From a virus, in IMG/VR virus record IMGVR_UViG_3300042351_000809: a stretch of 64,000 nt of DNA. The stretch is one strand, 5' to 3'. The notes below the pieces were generated by a model, which was not told the DNA's origin, did no database searches, and was given only the letters and a program-made list of their open reading frames with translations. Position 1 is the stretch's first letter; each line of letters starts with the position of its first letter. Shown here piece by piece: positions 17,935 through 27,310 of this stretch. The translations under genes and the position numbers were made by a program.

Positions 17935-18851
17935 AAATAGCCACATTTGGAGCAAGATTTTTTGGAGGTCAAATATCTAGAATAGAAGATGGCTTTCATC
18001 AACTAGGACATGAGATAAATTTTGAATCTCCTGATGTAATTTTTAGCAATGATCCCGGTTTTTACGAAGAAGCTTATAATCTAAAACAAAAGAATCCAAA
18101 AGCCAAACTAATATTTAATGTATTAGATTTGCCTCCTCATTATATCGATGGATCAAAATATGACATTTCAAGATACGCTCATATACACAATCCAAACAGA
18201 GATTTTAATCCAGAAAAAATAACTAACTGGCTTAAAAAAGCAGACATTATCACCTGCATTTGTGCAGAGGTTCAATGGCAAATAAAAAACTGGTGCGGCT
18301 TTGACAGTATTGTCATTCACAATCCAATCAAAGATGTATCTTATAAAAATATTTCTTATCAAGAAAAAATAAGAAACAAAGAAGGCAGACCTTATAAATA
18401 CCTATATGTAGGTAGAGCTTGTGACATGAATAAAAGATTCAGACTTGTTTATGAAGCTATTGTAAAACTTGGAGGGAATTCAAACTCTTTAGCAATCGTA
18501 GGCTCAGAAAATCCGGGCTGGGGAGATTACTATGGTGTGCTTGAGGATGATATCCTTAATTATTTTTATAACTCTGTAGAGTATTTAATGTTTCCTTCTG
18601 CTTTTAAATCTATCGGATTACCTGCTCTTGAAGCTGTGGTATGTCAAACTATTCCAATTGTAACAAATGACGATCCAGTAACAAAAGAGTTCTGGTCAGA
18701 AATAGGAGTAGATACAGATAAAATTGCAGAAAGTATCGCTGATCCGATTTGGAACAATAAAGCAAAAGAGTTTGTTAAAAAGAATAGCGAAGCATATAAA
18801 CAAAAATTTGATAAAGCCACCATTGCTAATAATATATTAAATCTAGTATGA
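17931..18851 (+). CDS. GT4-like glycosyltransferase
   Basis: YVGR....KR, FPSAFKSIGLPALEA. Confidence 0.75.
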   Translation: MKIATFGARFFGGQISRIEDGFHQLGHEINFESPDVIFSNDPGFYEEAYNLKQKNPKAKLIFNVLDLPPHYIDGSKYDISRYAHIHNPNRDFNPEKITNWLKKADIITCICAEVQWQIKNWCGFDSIVIHNPIKDVSYKNISYQEKIRNKEGRPYKYLYVGRACDMNKRFRLVYEAIVKLGGNSNSLAIVGSENPGWGDYYGVLEDDILNYFYNSVEYLMFPSAFKSIGLPALEAVVCQTIPIVTNDDPVTKEFWSEIGVDTDKIAESIADPIWNNKAKEFVKKNSEAYKQKFDKATIANNILNLV

Positions 18852-19609
18852 AAATAGGAATTTTGGGTTGTGGATATGACTGCGTTAATGATTTAGACCA
18901 GAGGCTAAAACCTTGGTTTGAAGCAGCGAAAGAATTTAATATTGTATTTTCTTTTGTATCTTGTATGTTTAAAGAATACAAAGATTTAAATGTTAATATA
19001 GACAATTCAAAGACGATTGAATATTTTAATGTTCTAAAAAATAATGGTACTATACAGCATTTTAATACCTCTTCAGAAGCTCTGCTTGAATCTGACGCAA
19101 GAAACTTAGCCTTATTTCCCCTATTGTCTGACAATGTTGACTGCGTTTGGTTGCTGGATCTAAGCGATGAGTATTATTCTTTGAACGACATTAAATCGAT
19201 TATTTCTTATATTAAGAACGATAAGTTCAATCAATGGTATGGGATTAATTTTAAGAACTATATCTTAGATGGCAAACAATGGATTGATGACTTCTGTCCA
19301 CCAAGAATATTCTTTAATTCAAGAGGCTTAAAGGTTGTTAAATTTTATTGGGATAATGACCTCATTTATTCTAATGGTCGTGACGAATTAAATTATAAGT
19401 ATCTAGTCAATCAAAAAATACCTAAACACTTTGCCCATGTCCGTCATATGACTTGGCTTCATTCTAATGGTAAACTAAAGGTGGAATACCAGAATAAACA
19501 TTTTGGTCATTGTTCTTATAAGTGGAATTATTCTACTAATGAATTAGAAATCGACAGAAGTTTTTTTGTAAAAAACAATATCCCGCAACCTATAATACAT
19601 TTAGATTAA
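18848..19609 (+). CDS. GT-A-like glycosyltransferase
   Basis: E...RN.AL, WLLDLSDE, PPRIF, V.H.TW. Confidence 0.6.
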   Translation: MKIGILGCGYDCVNDLDQRLKPWFEAAKEFNIVFSFVSCMFKEYKDLNVNIDNSKTIEYFNVLKNNGTIQHFNTSSEALLESDARNLALFPLLSDNVDCVWLLDLSDEYYSLNDIKSIISYIKNDKFNQWYGINFKNYILDGKQWIDDFCPPRIFFNSRGLKVVKFYWDNDLIYSNGRDELNYKYLVNQKIPKHFAHVRHMTWLHSNGKLKVEYQNKHFGHCSYKWNYSTNELEIDRSFFVKNNIPQPIIHLD

Positions 19610-19948
19610 ATGATTAATCTTTGCGTAGATGAAGCTTATGCTTTTGATTATTTAAGCATACTACAGATAAAAAGTGGTCGATCAGAACAAGCTAAACAAG
19701 CTTGGCAAAACTGCTATAATTATCTAAAAGCGCAATTGCCAAATGACTTGTTTATCCAAATTATTAACTCACAAGAATATGAAAATGTGCTATCAGTTAA
19801 TAAGAAAACTTTTGATGCTGTTGAGCTTGCTAGATATGGTAATATCTCAGCAAAAGAAGTTGATAGCGCGAACATGGAACGTCATTACGCGAAAATAGCA
19901 TTACAAAAAAGATTTTTTCTCACTAATCTAACGGAACAAAAAACATGA
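19610..19948 (+). CDS. hypothetical protein (DUF6165-like helical protein)
   Basis: D.LSILQIK...N...FD..E...N.ER...K pattern. Confidence 0.55.
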   Translation: MINLCVDEAYAFDYLSILQIKSGRSEQAKQAWQNCYNYLKAQLPNDLFIQIINSQEYENVLSVNKKTFDAVELARYGNISAKEVDSANMERHYAKIALQKRFFLTNLTEQKT

Positions 19949-20994
19949 AAAACGTAATAATTACAGGAATTTCTGGTCAAGATGGTTCTTACATGGTAGA
20001 CTATCTTATTGAGAATACTGATCTTAATATATTCGGAGCCGTTAGGAGGCTTTCTAAACCAAACTATTCTAATTTTCAACAGCATCTTAATAACAAAAGA
20101 TTTAACTTGGTAACTCTTGATCTTTCTGATTCTCAATCTATTGATAATGTTGTAAGAGAAGTTAAGCCTGATTATTTTATCAATTTCGCTGCCCAATCTT
20201 TCGTTGGTTCAAGCTGGCAAATTCCAGAACAAACGTTTGACGCAGGAGCTATGGGCGTGATAAGATGTCTTGAGGCGATTCATAAGCACTCTCCTTCTTG
20301 CAGATTTTATAATGCTGGAAGCTCTGAAGAGTTTGGAGATGTAAAGTATGCTCCTCAAGATGAAAAACATCCTCTTTCGCCAAGATCTCCTTATGGTGCT
20401 GCAAAATGTGCCGCAAGACATATTGTTAAAGTGTATCGTGAGTCTTATAATCTTTTTGCAATTCAAGGATATCTTTTTAATCACGAATCTCCAAGAAGAG
20501 GAGAAGAGTTTGTAACTAGAAAAGTTACTAAAGGCGTAGCAAGAATCATTAAAGCTATCAACAAAGGAGAATCATTTGAACCAATTCGTCTTGGAAATGT
20601 TGACGCAAAGAGAGACTGGAGCCATGCTTTTGATTTCGTAGACGGTGTTTGGAAGATGTTAAATCAAGAAAAGCCAAACGAATACGTTCTCTCTAGCAAT
20701 GAAACTCATACAATTAGAGAATTTATTGAGCTTGCTTTTAAAGAAGTAGGAGTAGAAGGTTTTTGGCATGGACAAGGAACCAACGAAGAATACTCTATTT
20801 CGACTGAATACGCCATCAGGAACGAAGTCAACTCATCTGTACTGGTCAAAATCGATCCAAAGTTCTTTCGCCCAGCAGAAGTTGAGCTTTTGCTTGGTGA
20901 CTCAAATAGAGCTAGACAAGAACTTGGCTGGAATCCAAAATGGTCCTTCCGCCAATTAGTAAAGGATATGGTCGCTTCTGATTTGAACTCTTAA
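19945..20994 (+). CDS. gmd: GDP-mannose 4,6-dehydratase
   Basis: ITGISGQDGSY, AAQSFV..S, SSEEFG, PRSPYGAAK, FNHESPRRGEEFVTRK, LGN.DAKRDW, RPAEVELLLGD. Confidence 0.95.
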   Translation: MKNVIITGISGQDGSYMVDYLIENTDLNIFGAVRRLSKPNYSNFQQHLNNKRFNLVTLDLSDSQSIDNVVREVKPDYFINFAAQSFVGSSWQIPEQTFDAGAMGVIRCLEAIHKHSPSCRFYNAGSSEEFGDVKYAPQDEKHPLSPRSPYGAAKCAARHIVKVYRESYNLFAIQGYLFNHESPRRGEEFVTRKVTKGVARIIKAINKGESFEPIRLGNVDAKRDWSHAFDFVDGVWKMLNQEKPNEYVLSSNETHTIREFIELAFKEVGVEGFWHGQGTNEEYSISTEYAIRNEVNSSVLVKIDPKFFRPAEVELLLGDSNRARQELGWNPKWSFRQLVKDMVASDLNS

Positions 20995-20995
20995 A

Positions 20996-21388
20996 ATGGC
21001 AAATTGTAAAGACATTGTTGTAAAATTTGTAAAAGAAGGACATATAGACTGGTCTAGGGATATGAAAGCCGCTTCAAGGCTTTTGAAAAAATTCCCTAAT
21101 AAGGATTTTTGGGATTGGGTCGAGCCTTATCCCTTGGTTCCTAATCTTCACTTTTTACAGTCCAAAGAGAGTTTAGAAATACTAAACAATAGATATAAGC
21201 TTTTTCTTCAACAAAAAGACCTCAAGGAGTCTAAAGAAAAGCTCAAAGAAAGCTTTGACTCAAAGCTTGCGGTAGGCTATAATGAACTAAGCGGCAAAGT
21301 GGGCGAAGATATTCCCATTGTAAAAAAGCCCAAAACTTTAAAAGAATTCCTGAATTATGGCAAGACCTCCGAAACAGCAGCAAGCTGA
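20996..21388 (+). CDS. hypothetical protein
   Basis: 130-aa ORF, tightly packed between gmd and the recombinase. Confidence 0.65.
   Translation: MANCKDIVVKFVKEGHIDWSRDMKAASRLLKKFPNKDFWDWVEPYPLVPNLHFLQSKESLEILNNRYKLFLQQKDLKESKEKLKESFDSKLAVGYNELSGKVGEDIPIVKKPKTLKEFLNYGKTSETAAS
21255..21283 (+). promoter_or_regulatory. sigma70-type promoter inside the upstream gene, facing the recombinase
   Basis: TTGACT-N17-TATAAT. Confidence 0.65.
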
Positions 21389-22508
21389 AGAAAAAGTATC
21401 AACAGTTGGAGCTTCAAGCAGACTCCAAGCGATTTTAAATAATAAAGATCATAAAGATGATCATTTTAATTTTGAAGAAGCAGTTACTTGGAAGATCTCG
21501 ACTGGCAGTCTTCTCTTGGATGCAGCAGTTGGTGGAGGCATCACTCCTTCTCTAATTCGTCTTTGCGGACCAAATAACGAAGGCAAAACTCCGCAAGCTC
21601 TAGAAATTTGCAGAAATTTCCTTGCAGAAATCCCCAAGAGCAGAGTAGTTTGGGTGTTGGCAGAAGGACGTTTGTCCAAGGAGAACAGAGAGCGTTGCGG
21701 GATGAAGTTCGTTACCGACGCTTCTGAATGGACTGACGGCTCTGTCTTCATTCTAGAATCAAATGTCTATGATTTAGTAATTGACGTTATTAAAGATCTT
21801 GTTCTTAATAATGCAGAAGATCATCGTTATTGTTTTGTGATTGATTCTATGGACGGTCTTATCTTGAAGAGGGACAAGGACACCAGCCCAGCAGACGCAA
21901 GCAAAGTTGCAGGAACTCAAGTTATCAGCAAAAAGCTTTTGCAGTCACTAAGTATTGGAATGTTCAAGCATGGTCACTTGATGATTGCTATTAGTCAGAT
22001 TACTTCTGAAATTAAGATCGATCCTTATGCCAAGAATGCTCCAAGAGGAGGAATGTTTAGCGGCGGAAACGCGCTCTTGCATTGGGCAGACTTTATCCTA
22101 GAGTACAGCCCAACAGCAATGGGAGACTATATCCTTGACAATCCATCAGGCAAAATGAATGATGGCAAGACTAAATCAATTGGAAAATATTCCAAAGTAA
22201 TGATTCAGAAGTCTACCAGTGAAGCCACGCGCAAGAACATTATTCAGTATCCAATTAAATTCGGTAAAAAGCCCTCCGGTATTTGGGTCGAGTATGAGAT
22301 TCTTGATTGCTTGTTGATGTGGGATCTTGTTGTCGCAAAGGGCGCATGGATTACCGTTGATAATTCTTTAATTGAAGAATTGAAAACTGTTGGAATTGAT
22401 ATGCCAAAGCAACATCAAGGAAGAGAGAATTTCAGAAAATGGCTTGAAGAAAATGCTGACGCTACTAAGCATTTGTTCAACAAGCTTAAAGCTGTTCAAT
22501 CAAAATGA
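21357..22508 (+). CDS. RecA/UvsX-like recombinase
   Basis: ISTGSLLLD...GGG, GPNNEGKT Walker A, VIDS Walker B, ISQI, GGNAL.H. Confidence 0.85.
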   Translation: MARPPKQQQAEEKVSTVGASSRLQAILNNKDHKDDHFNFEEAVTWKISTGSLLLDAAVGGGITPSLIRLCGPNNEGKTPQALEICRNFLAEIPKSRVVWVLAEGRLSKENRERCGMKFVTDASEWTDGSVFILESNVYDLVIDVIKDLVLNNAEDHRYCFVIDSMDGLILKRDKDTSPADASKVAGTQVISKKLLQSLSIGMFKHGHLMIAISQITSEIKIDPYAKNAPRGGMFSGGNALLHWADFILEYSPTAMGDYILDNPSGKMNDGKTKSIGKYSKVMIQKSTSEATRKNIIQYPIKFGKKPSGIWVEYEILDCLLMWDLVVAKGAWITVDNSLIEELKTVGIDMPKQHQGRENFRKWLEENADATKHLFNKLKAVQSK

Positions 22509-22924
22509 AGCTTTATTCTGTAACCGGCAGAATAATTAACAAAAATGTTTCTCAATTTTTAATAGATTGGGAAAAAGAGTCTCGTTCTAAAATTCAATTT
22601 CAAGTAAAGCAATTCTTGAAACCGTTTTGGAAGACTCACGTTTGTTATGAAGAGTTTCCGGTTTTCGGAAGCAGAATGAAGGTTGATTTTATTAACGCCT
22701 CTCGCAAAATTGCGATAGAAGTAAATGGCGACCAACATTCTTCTTTTAATAAATTCTTTCATAATAATTCAAGATTAAATTACCTTAATTCTATTAAGAG
22801 AGATTACAAAAAGTCTGTGTGGCTAGAGAAGAACGGTTTTCAATTAATAGAATTAGAGACTAGCGATTTAAATAAATTAAGCTATGATTACATAAATCAT
22901 ACATTTAATATATCGTTGGTGTAA
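22505..22924 (+). CDS. DUF559/Vsr-like endonuclease
   Basis: VDF......AIEVNG.QH...RD..K...LE.NG. Confidence 0.75.
   Translation: MKLYSVTGRIINKNVSQFLIDWEKESRSKIQFQVKQFLKPFWKTHVCYEEFPVFGSRMKVDFINASRKIAIEVNGDQHSSFNKFFHNNSRLNYLNSIKRDYKKSVWLEKNGFQLIELETSDLNKLSYDYINHTFNISLV
22919..22924 (+). promoter_or_regulatory. GTGTAA motif (candidate phage-sigma promoter)
   Basis: GTGTAATATACT, 8 nt before GTG 22933; overlaps the upstream stop. Confidence 0.45.
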
Positions 22925-22932
22925 TATACTGT

Positions 22933-23214
22933 GTGGCAAAAAATAAAGAATTTCATTTCCCAGAAAGCATTCTATCACAGATAGATGAATGTTCGCAGGG
23001 AGGATTTTTGCTCTTTACCTTTGACAAAAAAGGTATGCCTGAAGTAAGGTCTAAATTCGATAATGCACAAAACGCAATGGCGATGCATTATTATATCAAT
23101 AATTGGCTTAGTGCTGTTGAGCAGATTAACTTAGAAAACACTATTCACAACATTATTGCCTCTGATCAAGAAGATGAAGACGGTGAAGATGAAGACGGTC
23201 CTGCTAGTAAGTAA
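22933..23214 (+). CDS. hypothetical protein with acidic tail
   Basis: 93 aa, GTG start. Confidence 0.65.
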   Translation: MAKNKEFHFPESILSQIDECSQGGFLLFTFDKKGMPEVRSKFDNAQNAMAMHYYINNWLSAVEQINLENTIHNIIASDQEDEDGEDEDGPASK

Positions 23215-23230
23215 CTCTTTTTTTAGTTAA

Positions 23231-24715
23231 ATGAAGCTTTCCTCTATTAAAGTAGAGCAGCACTTGCTTGGTGCGCTCATTAAAAACCCAGAAGCATTCT
23301 ACGATTTAGATCATTTTATATCAGAAATTGATTTTACAAATGATGTAAATGGAACAGTTTATTCTGTAATTCGACAACTTTGTAATTCCAAAGAGAAAAT
23401 TGACAAAGTAATATTAGCTCAAAAGATTCAGAATCTCGGAATCTCATTTCAAGAAGATCTTGATATATATGACTATATTGACTGTATTTCTTTGCCAGTA
23501 TCAAATAAAGAATCTGCTCTTAAATACGCTCAAGAGTTAAAGCAGTTTTCTATTCGCCGTGATATAAAAGGAATGGCGCAAAGAATCATAGAAACTGTTT
23601 CTACCAATCCTGATAAAAATGTTAATCAATTAATAGCTGAAGTAGATTCTATATATGGCGAAAAGATTAATTCTTTTGATGCTACTGAAGAGATAAGAAA
23701 CATCTTTGATGACATAGAGGCGTTCATAGAAGAAAAAGGTAACAACCCTCAAGATGAAGCAGGAATAGAATTACATTATCCAGAGTTTGCAAGACTCTAT
23801 GGCGGTTTAAGAAATGGAAATGTCTACGCTATCGTAAGCCGCCCCGGTCAAGGTAAAAGCTCTTTCTTAGTTGAGATGTCTCTCGGAGCTTATTTAAAGA
23901 ACAAAAAAGTTAGCGTTCTTTATCTTGATACGGAAATGTTTTCAGAAGATGTCAAGCTTCGCATTGCAGCAGCAAAGACTGGAGTTCCTTTCTGGTATAT
24001 TGACACAGGAAACTGGCGCAAGAATCCTGAAATGGTAACTAAAGTCAGAGGCTTTTTAAAAGAATTTAGTAAATATAATTATACTCATCATTGTGTTGGT
24101 AATAAAGGTATTGATGAGATTGTTTCTTTTATTCGTAGATGGTATTATAGCAAGGTTGGAAGAGGAAATCCCGCTCTTATTTGCTATGATTATGTTAAAC
24201 TTACCGGAGAAAAGGTAGGCCAAAACTGGGCAGAGCATCAAGCTATCGGTGAAAAGATCGATAAACTTAAAAAGATTTCAGAAGAAATTAATGCCCCGCT
24301 ATTCACTGCAATGCAAATGAATAGGTCTGGCGAGAATTTTAATAGGAATGCTGGAGATGTAACTGACGATAGCTCCGCAATCGCTCTATCTGATCGACTC
24401 CAATGGTTTTCGAGCTTTGTTGGAATTTTCCGAAGAAAAACTCTTGACGAAATAGAGCGCGATACGCCAGACTTTGGAACGCACAAGCTAATAACCTTGA
24501 AAAGCCGTTTCCAAGGTAAAGATGCTGCTGGACACCAAGACCTTCTTAGGAGAAGGAATGAACATGGCGATGAAAAATATGTTCAGAATTTTATCAACTT
24601 TCAGATCAACAATTTCAGTGTAGAAGAGAGAGGTTCCTTGGGCGATATTATTGAGAGAGAGCGTCAAACATTCTCGTTGAATGACGCTAATCCCAATGAT
24701 GGCACTTTGTTATGA
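23231..24715 (+). CDS. dnaB: replicative DNA helicase
   Basis: E..LLGAL N-domain, RPGQGKS, LDTEM, DYVKL, Q.NR, KSR. Confidence 0.9.
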   Translation: MKLSSIKVEQHLLGALIKNPEAFYDLDHFISEIDFTNDVNGTVYSVIRQLCNSKEKIDKVILAQKIQNLGISFQEDLDIYDYIDCISLPVSNKESALKYAQELKQFSIRRDIKGMAQRIIETVSTNPDKNVNQLIAEVDSIYGEKINSFDATEEIRNIFDDIEAFIEEKGNNPQDEAGIELHYPEFARLYGGLRNGNVYAIVSRPGQGKSSFLVEMSLGAYLKNKKVSVLYLDTEMFSEDVKLRIAAAKTGVPFWYIDTGNWRKNPEMVTKVRGFLKEFSKYNYTHHCVGNKGIDEIVSFIRRWYYSKVGRGNPALICYDYVKLTGEKVGQNWAEHQAIGEKIDKLKKISEEINAPLFTAMQMNRSGENFNRNAGDVTDDSSAIALSDRLQWFSSFVGIFRRKTLDEIERDTPDFGTHKLITLKSRFQGKDAAGHQDLLRRRNEHGDEKYVQNFINFQINNFSVEERGSLGDIIERERQTFSLNDANPNDGTLL

Positions 24716-25629
24716 GCGATATAAAAGAAATACTTCAAAACATCGGTTATCAAAATCTTAAAGACTTCGGCGGTTGGTACAGAACTAGACCAATCTACAG
24801 GAGTTCGGATAATGATACAGTTCTAGCAATCAATAAAAATACTGGTTATTGGTATGATTATAAACTTTGCCGAGGGGGTAAGTTAAGCGAATTAGTTCAA
24901 ATCACACTTAATCTAAACGATTTAGATTATGCGGATAAGATGCTCGCCGAGAAGTTTAACTTCACGGGAATTGTCGTAAATCAAGAAAAAAATACAATCA
25001 ATCAAGTAAAGATTTATGACGAATCAATGCTCGTCAGCCTTGAAAAGAATCATGGATACTGGCTTAATAGAGGAGTTAAAGAAGAAGTCGTAGCAGAGTT
25101 TAAAGGTGGAATAGCTAAAAAAGGAAACATGATTAATCGTTATGTGTTTCCTATTTATAATCCATCTGGAAAAATTGTAGGATTTAGTGGCAGGTCACTG
25201 GTTGATTCAAAAAGACCTGATTTCATTAAATGGAAACACCTTGGAACTAAGAAGGAATGGGTCTATCCAGCCTTCTTTAGTAAAAATGCTATATCTGAAA
25301 GTGGCAGAGTTTTCTTGATTGAAAGCATTGGAGATATGCTGGCTTTATGGCAAGCTGGCTATAAGAACGTAATCATTACTTTTGGATTAGCAATCTCTCC
25401 CAAGATCACAAAATTTCTATTAGAGAACTCTGTCCAAGAAGTGGTTATTGCTTTTAATAATGATTCTTTTAATAATTCTGCTGGTAATGAAGCGGCGAAA
25501 AAAGCAAAGTCTAAGCTCTTGATGTTCTTTGACGAGAATCAGGTTAAGATAAAACTGCCTTCTCAAAAAGATTTTGGATTAATGAGCAAAAATGAGATAG
25601 ACTTATATATGAAGGAATTCAATGGATAA
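24712..25629 (+). CDS. DNA primase (Toprim), divergent
   Basis: RYVFPI....GKIVGFSGR, LIESIGD, AFNND, KDFG; follows the helicase. Confidence 0.8.
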   Translation: MSDIKEILQNIGYQNLKDFGGWYRTRPIYRSSDNDTVLAINKNTGYWYDYKLCRGGKLSELVQITLNLNDLDYADKMLAEKFNFTGIVVNQEKNTINQVKIYDESMLVSLEKNHGYWLNRGVKEEVVAEFKGGIAKKGNMINRYVFPIYNPSGKIVGFSGRSLVDSKRPDFIKWKHLGTKKEWVYPAFFSKNAISESGRVFLIESIGDMLALWQAGYKNVIITFGLAISPKITKFLLENSVQEVVIAFNNDSFNNSAGNEAAKKAKSKLLMFFDENQVKIKLPSQKDFGLMSKNEIDLYMKEFNG

Positions 25630-26548
25630 AAAAGAAGTCTACCTATCTGCCTCGCGTATTAAAGCTCTTGAGACTTGTTCATGGTCTTACTATTGCAAGT
25701 ACCATTTAAATATTCCTGAGAAGTCTAATTCAGGAGCGAAGCGCGGCACAATTTGCCATTTAGTATTTGAGGTACTTCTTAATCCTCGTCATAAAGATAT
25801 CTATAAGCAGATTATCTCTTCTGGCGATACTCTTTCTTGCCCACCAATATCCAGATTAGTAAATAAACACGCAACAAAGGAAGGTATTAATAACCCTGAA
25901 GACATGGCATTAATCAATAAAATGATTCTTGTCGGTCTTAAAAGCGACTTCTTTCCAAAGGGCGGAAACATTCAAAACCCAGAGTTTGAATTTAAAATTG
26001 AAAGAGAAGGTTACAAAGCTAGAGGATTTATTGATCTTCCTATCCTTTATAAGAAAGAAAAGAAGAGTAAGATTAGAGATTACAAGTCTAGCAAAGCGAA
26101 ATTCAAGGGAGAAGAGTTGACAGCCAATGTACAGGCTATGCTATACTCTATTGCTTCTAAGATCTATTGGCCTGACTATGACCCAGAAGTAGAATTCGTA
26201 TTTCTCAGGTTTCCTAAAGAACCAGTTCAGCCGGTAAAATTCTCTGATGATGAATTGTCTGGATTTGAAACTTATCTTAAGTATGTTTATGAAAAGGTAA
26301 CCAATTTCACCGAGCAAGATGCAAAGCAAAATTTTGCCGCAGATGACGTAAAGAGCAAATGGCTTTGTCAAGCAGGAGCTACTTGGGTGTGCCCATTTAA
26401 GAATGAGATGTGGTTTTATTCTATTTACGATAAGGATGATAATTTTGTAAAGAGCTACTTTACCGCAGAAGAAGCTAAAGCCGCAAAGAAAGATGACACT
26501 CAAGTCATTAAAAAGTTTAAATATGAAGGTTGCCCCAGATGGAAATAA
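25622..26548 (+). CDS. PD-(D/E)XK exonuclease, Cas4/AddB-like
   Basis: LSASRI....C, GTICH, RGFID, DYKSS, Q..LY, C-terminal cysteines. Confidence 0.8.
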   Translation: MDKKEVYLSASRIKALETCSWSYYCKYHLNIPEKSNSGAKRGTICHLVFEVLLNPRHKDIYKQIISSGDTLSCPPISRLVNKHATKEGINNPEDMALINKMILVGLKSDFFPKGGNIQNPEFEFKIEREGYKARGFIDLPILYKKEKKSKIRDYKSSKAKFKGEELTANVQAMLYSIASKIYWPDYDPEVEFVFLRFPKEPVQPVKFSDDELSGFETYLKYVYEKVTNFTEQDAKQNFAADDVKSKWLCQAGATWVCPFKNEMWFYSIYDKDDNFVKSYFTAEEAKAAKKDDTQVIKKFKYEGCPRWK

Positions 26549-26557
26549 CTCTTAATC

Positions 26558-27310
26558 ATGAAAATATTACCGCTTTTTAAAAGCCATTACAGTATAGGTA
26601 AGTCAATCTTAACTCTAGACAAAGCAGGGACTTCATCCAAAGAAGGATCTTCTTCAATCGTAGACATAGCTAAAGATAATAAACTAGAGCAAATATTCTT
26701 AGTAGAAGAGAATATGAGTTCTTTTCTTGATGCTTTTAAGAACTTTAAGATTCCATTCTATTATGGCTTGAGACTTGAACTTTGTCCTGATATCAACGAC
26801 AAGACAGAAGAATCTCTTAAAAAATCTAGTAAAATTATAGTCTTTGCAAAAAATGGAAGTGGCTACAAGAAACTAATTAAAATATTTAGTATTGCTGCCA
26901 CAAATGGTTTTTATTACACCCCAAGAATAGACGAAAAGACCTTGACTCAAGAGTGGGATGAGTCTAGCCTGAAGTTGTGTGTACCGTTCTATGATTCATT
27001 CTTGTTTAATAACACAATGTCTTATTCCTTGTGCTGCCCAGAATTAAAGTTCACTAAACCTACGTTTCTGGTAGAAGATAATGGCCTTCCATTTGATCAC
27101 ATTGTAAAACAGAAAGTAATTAACTTCTGTAAAGATGAGTACGAGATGGTTCCTGCAAAAAGTATTTACTATAACACAAGAGAAGATTTTAAATCGTATC
27201 TGACGTTTAGATGCATCAATAATAGAACAACTCTTAATAAGCCAAACTTAGAACATATGTGTAGCGCAGAATTTAGCTTTGAAAGCTGGAAGGAGGCAAA
27301 TGCTGTATGA
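26558..27310 (+). CDS. stand-alone PHP domain of DNA polymerase III alpha
   Basis: KSHYSIGKS (HS.YS-like), VFAKNGSGYKKLIKI.S, FYY.PRID. Confidence 0.75.
   Translation: MKILPLFKSHYSIGKSILTLDKAGTSSKEGSSSIVDIAKDNKLEQIFLVEENMSSFLDAFKNFKIPFYYGLRLELCPDINDKTEESLKKSSKIIVFAKNGSGYKKLIKIFSIAATNGFYYTPRIDEKTLTQEWDESSLKLCVPFYDSFLFNNTMSYSLCCPELKFTKPTFLVEDNGLPFDHIVKQKVINFCKDEYEMVPAKSIYYNTREDFKSYLTFRCINNRTTLNKPNLEHMCSAEFSFESWKEANAV

Noticed and set aside
10809-20994. Bacterial O-antigen/LPS locus (host contamination or prophage flank)
   Set aside because: No wzx/wzy/wzm/wzt or other membrane genes; same gene packing and Pro-Gly codon bias as the flanking phage genes
25622-26548. CRISPR-Cas system suggested by the Cas4-like nuclease
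   Set aside because: No repeat-spacer array or other cas genes in the window; solo Cas4-like nucleases are common in phage replication modules
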